Assembly (NCBI GenBank): GCA_043804895.1
Contig: JAZDIN010000001.1
Location: 1 to 48,209, forward strand
DNA length: 48,209 nt
Direction: 5' to 3'
Source: Candidatus Altiarchaeota archaeon
GTDB taxonomy: Archaea; Altiarchaeota; Altiarchaeia; IMC4; SCGC-AAA252-I15
How positions within the stretch are numbered: the stretch's first letter is position 1; each line of letters opens with the position of its first letter. Under the pieces are notes generated by a model. That model made no database searches. It saw only the letters and a program-made list of their open reading frames with translations, and had not been told where the DNA came from. Below, piece by piece: positions 1 to 9,384 of this stretch. The position numbers and the translations under genes are program-made.

Positions 1-410
1 TCAATTTTTTTGGGTAGGTCTGTGTTGTCTTCCCCACCCATCCTTTGTGCTCGCATCTTTCTCAGGTCCTGCCCTCCTTCGTCACTCCCACTTCCGGTCG
101 CTGCTAACGCATTTCGTCTTGCGAGTATTATTGTGACATAATCCCATTTCTCCTTCTCAGGAGCATCTTTTTTTACAGCCCCCGCAGCATCTCTCTCCCA
201 CCCTGAGGTGAAATTTCTCATCATGTAATCATCCACGTCGACTTTGCCCTTCTTCATAGCCACCTGCTTTACCGCTGTAGTCCATTCCCTCCTGTAATTC
301 GCAGATATAAACTCCCCGATTGTTTCCCACTCTTTCGGATTCTCGCTTAATGGAGGCACCTCCTTCACTCCCTTAGGTGCTCCCTCCTCACTAGCACTCC
401 TTATAGGCAT
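1..410 (-). CDS. Hypothetical protein, partial (runs off the left edge)
   Basis: My translation from ATG at 410 (MPIRSASEEGAPKGVKEVPP...DLPKKI) has no stop in 136 codons. It lies directly downstream of purD and is absent from the ORF track. Confidence 0.65.
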   Translation of the reverse strand, partial: MPIRSASEEGAPKGVKEVPPLSENPKEWETIGEFISANYRREWTTAVKQVAMKKGKVDVDDYMMRNFTSGWERDAAGAVKKDAPEKEKWDYVTIILARRNALAATGSGSDEGGQDLRKMRAQRMGGEDNTDLPKKI

Positions 411-436
411 GTTAACTTACAGGATGAATCAGCTTA

Positions 437-1768
437 TTAGTGTTGGCTTTGGATTTCTTTCATGTGTTTTATCCTCTTTTCTATCAGCTTCTTTGTGCCG
501 ATGTCTTTGCGGTATGTGAGGTTGCCTTTCACGTACATCATGCACTTTTCCGCTGTCTCCTCAGCCTCTGCTATTGTGTTTTCCATCCCGACTATTGCGA
601 CAGCCCTTGACTTTGATGTGAGTATCCTCCCTCCTTCCTCTCTGACTGCGGCATAGTATGGTATACCCCCCACATCCCGAATCCTCTTCTCATCAACCGT
701 TATCTCAACGTTGTTTTTCGGGTTATCCGGGTACCCTGAGGGCACAAGATACTTACAGACCGTCGCCTTGTCCTTGAATTTTATACTCTTTCCAAGACCC
801 CCCGTGGCTGTCCTCTCGCACAGTTCGGCCATGTCTGAGTCGAGTATTGACAATACGTTCATCGCTTCCGGGTCTCCGAGTCTGGCATTATACTCAATCA
901 CTTTCACGCCCTCGGTGGTGGCCATGAACTGGCCGTAGAGGAACCCCTTGTACTTCTCTCCAGTTTCCTTCTTCACTGCCTTGACTGTGGCCTCCATTAT
1001 TTTGATTCCATCGTCGTAGTCTTTTTTGGTCAGGAACGGCAGTATGTATCCTCTATCCGAGTAGCTTCCCATCCCGCCGGTGTTCGGGCCCGTGTCTCCT
1101 TCATATGCTCTCTTGTGGTCCTGCACCATCGGAGTGCCAACAACCCGCTCACCGTCTACGAAGGCCTGTAGTGTGAACTCCTCGCCGATAAGCCTCTCCT
1201 CGAGTATGACCTTCAATATGCTACCCATCCTTGTGTCGAATATCTCTTTAACGTACTCCTTCGCGCCGGCAGCGTCGAAGTGTTCGCCCATAATCTTAAC
1301 ACCCTTCCCCCCTGTCAATCCGGCAGGCTTCACTGCAAGGTCTTCCCCGAACTCGTCTATGAACGAGCACGCGTCAGAGGCATCGTCGAACATGCCGAAT
1401 TCTGGAGCGCCTTTTACCCTATGCTCTCTCATAAGATTCCTCGCGAAACTCTTGTCAGTCTCAAGCTGCGCGGCAGCCTTCCTGGGGCCGACGCAGGGGA
1501 TCATCGAATCCTCTAAGGCGTCAGACACTGCCGCTGCGAGCGGCGCCTCGGGGCCTATGACTGCAAGTTCAATCCTCTCTTTGCTGGCGTATGATAATAC
1601 CTCAGAGGGTTTGCAGATGTCCCCCAATCCATAACCATTAACAATCCGTGAGATGCCTGGGTTGACAGCACTCATGTAGGCGTAAATTTCAGGCCTAGTC
1701 TTGCTTCTTGCCAGTGCTGCGGCAATAGCATGCTCTCGAGCGCCGTTTCCAACAACCAACACCCTCAT
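437..1768 (-). CDS. purD: Phosphoribosylamine--glycine ligase
   Basis: Motifs GNGAREHA, GPEAPL, DHKRAYEGDTGPNTGGMG and EYNARLGDPE. Confidence 0.97.
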   Translation of the reverse strand: MRVLVVGNGAREHAIAAALARSKTRPEIYAYMSAVNPGISRIVNGYGLGDICKPSEVLSYASKERIELAVIGPEAPLAAAVSDALEDSMIPCVGPRKAAAQLETDKSFARNLMREHRVKGAPEFGMFDDASDACSFIDEFGEDLAVKPAGLTGGKGVKIMGEHFDAAGAKEYVKEIFDTRMGSILKVILEERLIGEEFTLQAFVDGERVVGTPMVQDHKRAYEGDTGPNTGGMGSYSDRGYILPFLTKKDYDDGIKIMEATVKAVKKETGEKYKGFLYGQFMATTEGVKVIEYNARLGDPEAMNVLSILDSDMAELCERTATGGLGKSIKFKDKATVCKYLVPSGYPDNPKNNVEITVDEKRIRDVGGIPYYAAVREEGGRILTSKSRAVAIVGMENTIAEAEETAEKCMMYVKGNLTYRKDIGTKKLIEKRIKHMKEIQSQH

Positions 1769-1836
1769 CGTAATGAGAAATTGGTGGTGTAAGATAAAAA
1801 CCTTTTTAAAGCTGTTTGGCTACCATATTACCTTGC

Positions 1837-3078
1837 ATGGAATCGGTTCTCGTCGGCTTTACGGTCTGCCTTCTACTCGCCTTCCTGTTATCCGAGTTCT
1901 TCTACAGGCTGAGGTATCCGCGCGTCATAGGGCAGATTCTGGCAGGCTTAATATTGGGCATCCCACTCATCAGAGATTATGTTTTCGGCGGAGGCGGCAT
2001 CGACTTCATAGGTTCCCTTGCCGACATCGGCGTAGTCTTCCTAATGCTCCTTGTAGGCACTGAGATAAGGATCCATGACCTGAAGAAGGCCTCTAAGAAG
2101 GCGTTCGTCCTGGCCTGCCTTGGTTATATCATTCCCTTGGTAATGGGGTTCATCTTCATGAGGGCACTCGGCTATGACACACTGACTGCAGTCATCGTGG
2201 CAATCTGTCTTGCAATAAGTGCCGAGGCTGTGACGATAGACATACTCATGGAATACAAAATGCTGAACACAGCCCTTGGGACCACTATGATGGAGGCTGG
2301 GATGATAGACGACATATTCGGCGTGTTATCCCTGGCCGCGGTCATAACTGTCGTACAGGGTGGCGGTGTTAGCAGTCTCATGGACATGCCAGGTGACTTC
2401 ATGACTTTCATACTCATATCCTACCTGTTGGGCGTGATGGTACTGCCTAAGGCTGCGAAAGCCGTTTGGAAGGAGAAGTCCGAGCCTGCCGTGTTGAGCC
2501 TGGCTGTGATATTCGGTCTCATAGTCGTCGTGCTTTCCATGGTTTTCGGGTTAAGCTCGGTTGTCGGCGCGTTCGTCGCAGGTGTGATAATACAGATTTC
2601 TATAAAAAACAGGATGGAGGAGAAGGAGATCGTGGAAAGCCTCAACATAGTCACATTCGGCCTGGTTATCCCCTTCTTCTTCATATACACTGGGATGAAC
2701 TTGGATGTTATGAAGGTAATGGATGCAGTGTTTCTGACTTTCGGAATCACGGTCATAGCCATTGCAGGCAAGCTTTTTGGAGCGCACATCGTTGGTCTCA
2801 TATACCGTATGAAGCCGATGGAGAGTCGGCTCCTTGGGTGGGGCATGAATCCTCGCGGGGCTGTGGAGCTCATCATAGTGAACATAGCCAAGAGCAGGGG
2901 GTTGATTTCTAATGAAATCTACTCTGCGGTGGTGACCATGGCAATCATATCCGCCCTAATATCCCCTGTCATGTTCAGGAGGACCTGCGAGGCAGGAGGC
3001 TGCCACGGCAGGGCTGAACACGGCAGGAAAAAGAATCACCATTTCTCACAAGCCGATGAGTTCAAGAAGCCAGGTTAG
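1837..3078 (+). CDS. Cation:proton antiporter (CPA2/Kef/NapA-like)
   Basis: About 12 hydrophobic segments, motifs GMIDDIFG and MNPRGAVELII. ATG at 1837 chosen over TTG at 1816. Confidence 0.9.
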   Translation: MESVLVGFTVCLLLAFLLSEFFYRLRYPRVIGQILAGLILGIPLIRDYVFGGGGIDFIGSLADIGVVFLMLLVGTEIRIHDLKKASKKAFVLACLGYIIPLVMGFIFMRALGYDTLTAVIVAICLAISAEAVTIDILMEYKMLNTALGTTMMEAGMIDDIFGVLSLAAVITVVQGGGVSSLMDMPGDFMTFILISYLLGVMVLPKAAKAVWKEKSEPAVLSLAVIFGLIVVVLSMVFGLSSVVGAFVAGVIIQISIKNRMEEKEIVESLNIVTFGLVIPFFFIYTGMNLDVMKVMDAVFLTFGITVIAIAGKLFGAHIVGLIYRMKPMESRLLGWGMNPRGAVELIIVNIAKSRGLISNEIYSAVVTMAIISALISPVMFRRTCEAGGCHGRAEHGRKKNHHFSQADEFKKPG

Positions 3079-4083
3079 GAGTCCGCCGCCTTTTTGTTGT
3101 TGCGCTGATGCATCCCCTATTATCTTAGGCTCATCAATTGTCGTGGTCGTTGTCTCAGTTGTTGTTGTCGTCTGTATACTCTCTAGAAAATGAGGTGGCG
3201 GCGTATAGGTTGTTGTCGTCGTAGATGTTGTTGTGGTTGTGGTGGTCGTCGTGGTCGTCGGGGCTGTCACGTTGATGGTAAACTGTTCCTGCGGGTATTG
3301 CATCCCGCTTAACCTGAGTGTGTACCCTCCAATTTCCCCTAACTTGAAACTAGCCATCCCCTCCTTGTCGGAGACGCCGCTGTAGATGGACGGAATCAAT
3401 CCCGGCACACCCCCTCCCTTAAAGGCTTCAACTGAGATTCCATATACGGGCTTTTCGGTCTTGTTGTCTGTGACCAGCACACTGACAACATCTCCCCCAA
3501 CAGGGTTTTCCGGCGACATCACAACCTTCATCACTCTAGGTATCCTTTTCGCCTTCCCACTATCGCCTTCAGGCAGGCACAGTTCGTAGAACGTCTCCTT
3601 CGTCCTCATCTTCGGAGCAGCGTAAGTCACTGGGTCGTATTCTCCGTACACGTATCCTATGACGTCGCCGTCGACTGCGCAGTAATGGCCTACCCAGCCT
3701 CCTGGGTCTCGGTTCCAGCACTCCTCGCCGCCATCATGCCCGACAGGGATGCTAAGCCACGAGTATGAACCTTCTTTTATCACCCAGTAGGCCCAGTATT
3801 CGCTCCCCCATTCGCATCCTCCTGCATTGGGTTCGGTTCCCCCCCCGTTTATCTTGCATAGGCTGTGCCCGTACAGTGGGTGCGGTCCGCCCCACGTTAT
3901 GTCCGGGGCCATTTTGTTTGCCACGTTGTATCCGTCAGTCAAGTTTGAGGCTTCGATGCATTCTATGTGGGTGCTTCCGTCTGGGTAGTCCACGATTATG
4001 CCTATCTTGGCTCCCTGGACGGTTCCTAGCGTCAGGAGCAGTATTATTAAAGTCCCTAAAAACCACTTGGATAATTTATCCAC
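3046..4083 (-). CDS. Secreted/surface protein with DUF4430/SCO2322-like N-domain, Ig-like domain and Thr-rich linker
   Basis: Signal peptide, pattern IIVDYPDG..C...CKING...YWAYW...DGDVIGY, poly-Thr tracts and a C-terminal amphipathic tail. GTG start at 4083. Confidence 0.7.
   Translation of the reverse strand: MDKLSKWFLGTLIILLLTLGTVQGAKIGIIVDYPDGSTHIECIEASNLTDGYNVANKMAPDITWGGPHPLYGHSLCKINGGGTEPNAGGCEWGSEYWAYWVIKEGSYSWLSIPVGHDGGEECWNRDPGGWVGHYCAVDGDVIGYVYGEYDPVTYAAPKMRTKETFYELCLPEGDSGKAKRIPRVMKVVMSPENPVGGDVVSVLVTDNKTEKPVYGISVEAFKGGGVPGLIPSIYSGVSDKEGMASFKLGEIGGYTLRLSGMQYPQEQFTINVTAPTTTTTTTTTTTSTTTTTYTPPPHFLESIQTTTTTETTTTTIDEPKIIGDASAQQQKGGGLLTWLLELIGL
3140..3260 (-). repeat. ACN codon tracts encoding a Thr-rich linker
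   Basis: gtt/gtc/ggt triplet runs on the + strand translate to TTTTTTTTTTTSTTTTT and TTTTTETTTTT. Confidence 0.85.
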
Positions 4084-4116
4084 CTTATATATACGCCACA
4101 CCAATATAAAAGCGCG
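4084..4116. promoter_or_regulatory. Overlapping divergent TATA promoters
   Basis: TTATATATA at 4085-4093 precedes ATG 4117. ATATAAAA at 4104-4111 (TTTTATAT on -) precedes GTG 4083. The gap is only 33 bp. Confidence 0.6.
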
Positions 4117-4977
4117 ATGAACACAACAAACTGGATCCTCTGGCTGGCGCTTGCCATGACCTACTGCATCCTCACATACAACCCCACATACCAGCTCATG
4201 CTCTTGTTAACACTATCCGCAGTCGCGGCAGCCAAAAAGCAGCCGCTTAAAACGTACATACAAATTGGGCTTCTCATGTCAGCAATACCACTCCTTGTGA
4301 ACATATTCTTCGTCCACTACGGAAAGACCACACTATACACAATACCCTATAGAATCCATCTCCTCGACGTATCTCTCCCCACACTGTTTTTTGCAGGCCC
4401 GATAACCGCGGAGTCAGTCGCAACAGGCATCATAATGTCCGTCTTCCTCCTTAACATGGTCATAGCGTTCCAGACATTCAACAACGCCGCAACCCCTGAT
4501 GCAATACTTAAAATCATGCCCAAGACCCTGCCGGCGGCCTGCCTGATAACATCGATTTCGCTGCGTTTCATACCGACTGTTGTGAGGGACTACTCTTCCA
4601 TACGAGACGCGCAAATGTCACGGGGGGTCAGGATAAACTCAGGCCCGCTCTCCGAGCGCGTAGGAAACCAGACTAACGTCATAGCGCCTACTCTCGTGAC
4701 CTCTTTGGAGCGCGCATTCAACCTTTCGGAGTCGATGGCTTCAAGAGGGTACACCGGAGCAAGGACTGCTTACTCAGGCCAGGTGTGGGACTCCAGGCAG
4801 CGAATCATAACGATTACGTACTTCCTAGCAATCCTCTTCGCAGCATATGCAAAGTATTCCGGGGTTTTTGACTTCTGGCCTGTTGATGGTCTGCCGTTGC
4901 CTGCTATTTCGTTGCTAGCACTCGTCCCCCTCATACCCCTACTCATCCCGTTGGTGATTTTAAATGAACGCAGTTGA
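4117..4977 (+). CDS. ecfT: ECF transporter transmembrane T component
   Basis: LRFIP motif and two conserved xRG motifs (AQMSRG, SMASRG). Confidence 0.92.
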   Translation: MNTTNWILWLALAMTYCILTYNPTYQLMLLLTLSAVAAAKKQPLKTYIQIGLLMSAIPLLVNIFFVHYGKTTLYTIPYRIHLLDVSLPTLFFAGPITAESVATGIIMSVFLLNMVIAFQTFNNAATPDAILKIMPKTLPAACLITSISLRFIPTVVRDYSSIRDAQMSRGVRINSGPLSERVGNQTNVIAPTLVTSLERAFNLSESMASRGYTGARTAYSGQVWDSRQRIITITYFLAILFAAYAKYSGVFDFWPVDGLPLPAISLLALVPLIPLLIPLVILNERS

Positions 4978-6322
4978 ACTGAGGGATGTCTCATACAGGT
5001 ATCCGCAATCAGGAGAGTATGCGCTGAAGAACCTCAGCCTAAGAGTCGGCGAGGGAGAGTTCGCAGTAATACTCGGCTCATCAGGCTCCGGAAAGTCGAC
5101 TTTATGCAAGCTACTCAACGGTCTCATACCCTACTACTCAGGCGGGACGATATCAGGCCAAGTACTAGTCGACGGAGTTGACGTTGCAGGCCATACGATA
5201 GCTCAGATGTCGCACCACGTCGGCCTCGTCTTCCAGGACCCTGAGAACCAGATTGTCCTGTCAAAGGTTGAGGGCGAGATTGCATTCGGGTTGGAGAACA
5301 TGCTCCTTCCCTCAAGTGAAATAGGCGAGCGCATAAGCTGGGTCTCAAAGAGGCTGGGCATAGAATCTCTCCTTCAGAGGGACACAACCGAGCTTTCAGG
5401 AGGCGAGAAACAGAAGGTAGTCCTCGCATCAGTCCTGGCTATGAGGCCGAAAATCATGGTGTTGGACGAGCCCACATCCCAGCTTGATGAATCCTCGAAG
5501 GAGAATCTTTTCAAACTCCTTGATTCCCTCAACAGGGAGGGTATGACCGTCATCGTCGTCGAACATAACATAAGGGAGGTAGTGCCGTATGCGGATTGGG
5601 TGTTCGACCTTGACTTGAGGAAGAAGGTCTCGATTGATGAGGAAAGTGTTATGCCCACATCACCTCAGAAGCCTGGTGACATAGTGCTGTCTATTACTCA
5701 TCTATCCGGGGGCTATTCTAACCGGAAGGTGATACAGGACGTCAGCCTCCAACTCAGGGAGGGGGATTGTCTTGCAATAACAGGCCGAAACGGAAGCGGG
5801 AAGACAACGCTTGTGAAACACTTCAACGGTCTCATGAAGCCCAAGTCAGGCTCTGTCTTCGTCTGCGGTATGGATACAAGGGAGACGCCGATAGAGTCGA
5901 TCGCAAGGAAGGTCGCGTATCTCCCCCAGAATCCGACAGACATGCTCTTCTGCGACACAGCTGAAGACGAGCTGAGATTGACGTTAAAGCACCTGCGCCT
6001 AGATGGCGACATCGACGGAATGCTTAGCAGATTCGGCCTCACCAGACTCAAACACTCCTATCCGCGCGACCTCAGCGTCGGAGAGCGGCAGAGGCTCGCG
6101 CTCGCCGCTGTCCTGATAGCGCAGCCGAAGCTTCTCATACTGGATGAGCCGACTCGCGGCATAGATTCAAGGTCGCGGAGGATCCTTGTTTCTGCGATAC
6201 AGGAGCTTCTTGCCGAACGCAAGTCGGTCGTCATAGTGACCCAGGACACCAGACTAGTATCAGAGGTAGCGTCAAAGAAGATTACATTAGGAGGTGATTC
6301 AGCTGAAGATCAGATTCCTTAA
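4964..6322 (+). CDS. ECF transporter ATPase with two fused ABC domains
   Basis: Walker A GSSGSGKS and GRNGSGKT, Q-loops FQDPE and PQNP, signatures LSGGE and LSVGE, two LDEPT motifs. Confidence 0.93.
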   Translation: MNAVELRDVSYRYPQSGEYALKNLSLRVGEGEFAVILGSSGSGKSTLCKLLNGLIPYYSGGTISGQVLVDGVDVAGHTIAQMSHHVGLVFQDPENQIVLSKVEGEIAFGLENMLLPSSEIGERISWVSKRLGIESLLQRDTTELSGGEKQKVVLASVLAMRPKIMVLDEPTSQLDESSKENLFKLLDSLNREGMTVIVVEHNIREVVPYADWVFDLDLRKKVSIDEESVMPTSPQKPGDIVLSITHLSGGYSNRKVIQDVSLQLREGDCLAITGRNGSGKTTLVKHFNGLMKPKSGSVFVCGMDTRETPIESIARKVAYLPQNPTDMLFCDTAEDELRLTLKHLRLDGDIDGMLSRFGLTRLKHSYPRDLSVGERQRLALAAVLIAQPKLLILDEPTRGIDSRSRRILVSAIQELLAERKSVVIVTQDTRLVSEVASKKITLGGDSAEDQIP

Positions 6323-7001
6323 GATGCTATCCTGGCTAGGCCTTGCACTCGTCTTCGCAGCCCTATCAGCTGGAACCAGGATAAACTGGCTAGCGTACGC
6401 GCTCTCATCCACCCTACTTTTAACGCTACTGATGCTCTTGGAGTTTGAGGAGAAGCATGCGGACTCCCGCTCTGTCGCATTGGTCGGGGTCCTGGTCGCC
6501 CTGACCGTAGCCTCAAGGCAGCTCCTACACGGCATAGAATTCAGCCCAGTCTTCTTCATAGTCATCCTCTCAGGCAACGTCTTCGGGTTCACCGTGGGGT
6601 TCACAGTCGGCGCGCTCACGATGTTCACCTCAAATTTTTTCCTCGGCCACGGCCCCTGGACTCCCTTCCAGATGTTCGGTTTAGGGCTGGTCGGGGCGTT
6701 GGCATCTCTTATCCCAAAGGGTAGGCGGGTAAGGATTCCAGCTCTCATAATTTACTCGATACTCTCCGCATACCTCTATGGCATACTGACTGACATGTTC
6801 TCCTGGATGGTCTTCGTCCCATCCCACACGTGGCAGTCGTTCATCGGAGTAGTGGGAGCGGGAATGCCCTCAAACACCGCAAGAGCAATCGGAAACGTGT
6901 TCTTCATGTACTTGATGGGCCCCACCCTCCTGAAGGTCCTAGAGCGCTTCAGCAAACGTTTAAGTTATGAACGTGTAATAGTTGAACGTGGAAGTAGATG
7001 A
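6294..7001 (+). CDS. ECF S component, CbrT-like (probable cobalamin); start may be ATG 6324
   Basis: Six-TM S-component pattern with SNFFLGHGPWTPFQM, in an operon with ecfT and the ATPase. Confidence 0.8.
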   Translation: MIQLKIRFLKMLSWLGLALVFAALSAGTRINWLAYALSSTLLLTLLMLLEFEEKHADSRSVALVGVLVALTVASRQLLHGIEFSPVFFIVILSGNVFGFTVGFTVGALTMFTSNFFLGHGPWTPFQMFGLGLVGALASLIPKGRRVRIPALIIYSILSAYLYGILTDMFSWMVFVPSHTWQSFIGVVGAGMPSNTARAIGNVFFMYLMGPTLLKVLERFSKRLSYERVIVERGSR

Positions 7002-7845
7002 TGGGCTGAGCATAGCTTTAGAGCTTTCCCGCAGGCTTAAAAAGACGGCAGAGGAGTACGACGGCAAATACACGGACGGCATAATACGGTTCGGCGCCAC
7101 AGGCGACACCACATACGAAGTCGACGTACCGTTTGAGAGGGAAGTGAACACATACTTTAAGAGTATCAACACCCCCTGCCGTGTGATGACAGAAGACGCT
7201 GGCGTGAAAGACTACGGCCAAAAACCAAAGTATACCTTCCTCATCGACCCATTGGACGGCTCCCGTAACATGCGGCGGGGCCTGCCATTATACTGTTCAT
7301 CGATAGCAGTCTACGACACTGAAGCGACTGAGATATCCCAGGCTAAGTGCGCTGTCATAGAACGGTTCGACGCTGATGAGGAGTACGTCGCAGTCGCTGG
7401 AGGCGGGGCGAAGCTGAACGGCGAAAGGATACGGCCGTCAAACAAGAAGTCGCTTGATGATGCGGTGCTGGCTCTCGGAGCCCATTTCGCATCCGCGGTT
7501 CCGTTCTTCGCCAGTCCGATGCTGAAGCTCGGTTCTCAGGTTGAGCGGGATGAACGCAACATCATGGTGAAATGCTACGGTGCAACAGCCCTTGAACTCG
7601 CCTTACTAGCCTCAGGCAAAATAGACATGATATTCGACATCCGGGCTTCGACACCCTTCAAGGCCACCCCCAAGACCTACGACATAGCGGCAGGCCTACT
7701 CATGTGCCAGGAGGCAGGCGCCCACCTACAGTACGGTGGCAAGAGGATGCCGCAAAAACTTCCCATAGACCCGACAATAGGCGTCCAGGTAGCTGGCGCA
7801 GGAAACCAGCGGTTATTTAACATCCTGTTGAATACTTTACGATGA
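6982..7845 (+). CDS. Inositol monophosphatase/FBPase (FIG) family phosphatase
   Basis: Motifs TED, IDPLDGSRN and YDIAAG. Confidence 0.88.
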   Translation: MNVEVDDGLSIALELSRRLKKTAEEYDGKYTDGIIRFGATGDTTYEVDVPFEREVNTYFKSINTPCRVMTEDAGVKDYGQKPKYTFLIDPLDGSRNMRRGLPLYCSSIAVYDTEATEISQAKCAVIERFDADEEYVAVAGGGAKLNGERIRPSNKKSLDDAVLALGAHFASAVPFFASPMLKLGSQVERDERNIMVKCYGATALELALLASGKIDMIFDIRASTPFKATPKTYDIAAGLLMCQEAGAHLQYGGKRMPQKLPIDPTIGVQVAGAGNQRLFNILLNTLR

Positions 7846-8132
7846 GTTTAACCTCAATGGTGTTTGGGGCTGTTAAAGCCCTTTTCAACGCCTTCAGGAA
7901 GGTCTTCCTGCCTGACAAGAAGGACCTGATAGGAAGTGTCATACTCACAGTACCCCTCTACCTGTTATTCGGCCTAAGCCTCATATTCCTCCTACCCCTA
8001 ATAATACTCGGCGTACTCTTAATCTTCATCATCCGCAGGCTGTGGAAGGTCCTCATAATCTGGTGGACCCTCAGGGCCATGAAAAAGAAGACGACCAAGG
8101 AGATAAACAGGATAAAGGGGCTGTTCAAGTAA
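7842..8132 (+). CDS. Small membrane protein
   Basis: Hydrophobic hairpin with a basic C-terminus. ATGA overlap with the upstream gene. Confidence 0.7.
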   Translation: MSLTSMVFGAVKALFNAFRKVFLPDKKDLIGSVILTVPLYLLFGLSLIFLLPLIILGVLLIFIIRRLWKVLIIWWTLRAMKKKTTKEINRIKGLFK

Positions 8133-8141
8133 CTGATTGCC

Positions 8142-8726
8142 ATGAGGTCTGCCAGGATTTTGCGCAAGAGCGGGGAGACGTCTGTTGCCGTGGAGTTGAA
8201 GCTTGACGGAAGCGGCAAATACAAAATCAAGACTACGCTGAAGTTCCTAAACCACATGCTAGAGAACTTCACGAAACACAGCGGATTCGACCTGAACGTG
8301 ACAGCCAAAGGAGACATCGAAGTCGACGACCACCACCTCGTCGAAGACGTCGGAATCTGCATCGGCGAAGCACTACTCAAGGCCCTCGGAGACAAGAAAG
8401 GCATCACGAGGATGGCTCATGCGATAGTCCCCATGGACGAAAGCAGAGCCGAAGTCGCAGTCGACCTATCAGGGAGGCCGTATGCTGTCATACAACTTCC
8501 GTTCAGCGAATTCCATGAGCGGAGGGTGGGGGACGTGAGCAAGGAGAACATCGAACACTTCCTAGAAAGCCTCGCATTAAACGGGAAATTCAACCTGAAC
8601 GTGAAAACCGAAGGCAGAAACGACCACCACAAAGTCGAGGCCACATTCAAGGCACTAGCTAAAGCCCTCAAAGAAGCCACCAGAGTAACCGGCAAAGGAA
8701 TACCCTCAACAAAAGGCAGAATATAA
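8142..8726 (+). CDS. hisB: Imidazoleglycerol-phosphate dehydratase
   Basis: Motifs DDHHLVED, PMDE and NDHHKVEA. Confidence 0.97.
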   Translation: MRSARILRKSGETSVAVELKLDGSGKYKIKTTLKFLNHMLENFTKHSGFDLNVTAKGDIEVDDHHLVEDVGICIGEALLKALGDKKGITRMAHAIVPMDESRAEVAVDLSGRPYAVIQLPFSEFHERRVGDVSKENIEHFLESLALNGKFNLNVKTEGRNDHHKVEATFKALAKALKEATRVTGKGIPSTKGRI

Positions 8727-8770
8727 TAGCCGACGCCGCCCTGCTTATTTTAGGGAATAAAACAAGACAA

Positions 8771-8809
8771 AATCTTATTTTAAATTCTAGTTGTTTTTAA
8801 AATAAGATT
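8771..8809. repeat. Perfect 14 bp AT-rich inverted repeat between convergent genes (possible terminator or boundary)
   Basis: AATCTTATTTTAAA-N11-TTTAAAATAAGATT. Confidence 0.75.
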
Positions 8810-8864
8810 ACCCCCAGCAGAAACGAAACATAGACATAATACAAAAGCCAGAACAGAAGTCAAC

Positions 8865-9383
8865 CTATCTCTTTCCGATTGCCTCGTCGAATCTGTTCAC
8901 AAAATCGAATGCCGTGTCGATTATCTTCTTGGCTTCTTCGTCTAAAGTCCTGATTGAGATTTCGTATTGGGCTGTTTGTCTTTGGGCTCGGGCTTCTCGG
9001 AATTGTTTCACCTGTTCTTGGCGTATGTTCGCCTCCTCAAGAATTTTCAGGTACTTCGGCTCTACCAGCATCTTGTCAACGTAGAAGACCTTTATCGCCG
9101 CCTGCATAGCGGCATGGCTTTTGGCGAGATAGCCTATCCTGGCTAACGCGGCCTGGGCGGCCATGTACATGCTGTAGTATCCCGTGATTATGACCCAATC
9201 GCTTAGATTAACGTCCTTGCTCAGACCCACATGCACGCGGGTCTCCGGGTTGTTTTGTATCCCCTCCAGTAGTTTCATGACTGCGAGGTTTTTGCGGGCC
9301 TTTGCCATGTAGTCGACTGCGAAGCTTCCTGAGAAGGGCTGTCTTTTTAGCTCTCCCTTGTTGATGAGTTCGTCTATGTCCAT
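8865..9383 (-). CDS. HEPN domain protein (UPF0332-like), putative toxin
   Basis: GYYSMY..AQAAL...SH and RQTAQY. Its start is 1 nt after the MNT stop. Confidence 0.82.
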   Translation of the reverse strand: MDIDELINKGELKRQPFSGSFAVDYMAKARKNLAVMKLLEGIQNNPETRVHVGLSKDVNLSDWVIITGYYSMYMAAQAALARIGYLAKSHAAMQAAIKVFYVDKMLVEPKYLKILEEANIRQEQVKQFREARAQRQTAQYEISIRTLDEEAKKIIDTAFDFVNRFDEAIGKR

Positions 9384-9384
9384 T

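Noticed and set aside
3140-3260. Repeat tract as a CRISPR array or VNTR
   Set aside because: It consists of degenerate Thr codons within a CDS and has no repeat-spacer periodicity.
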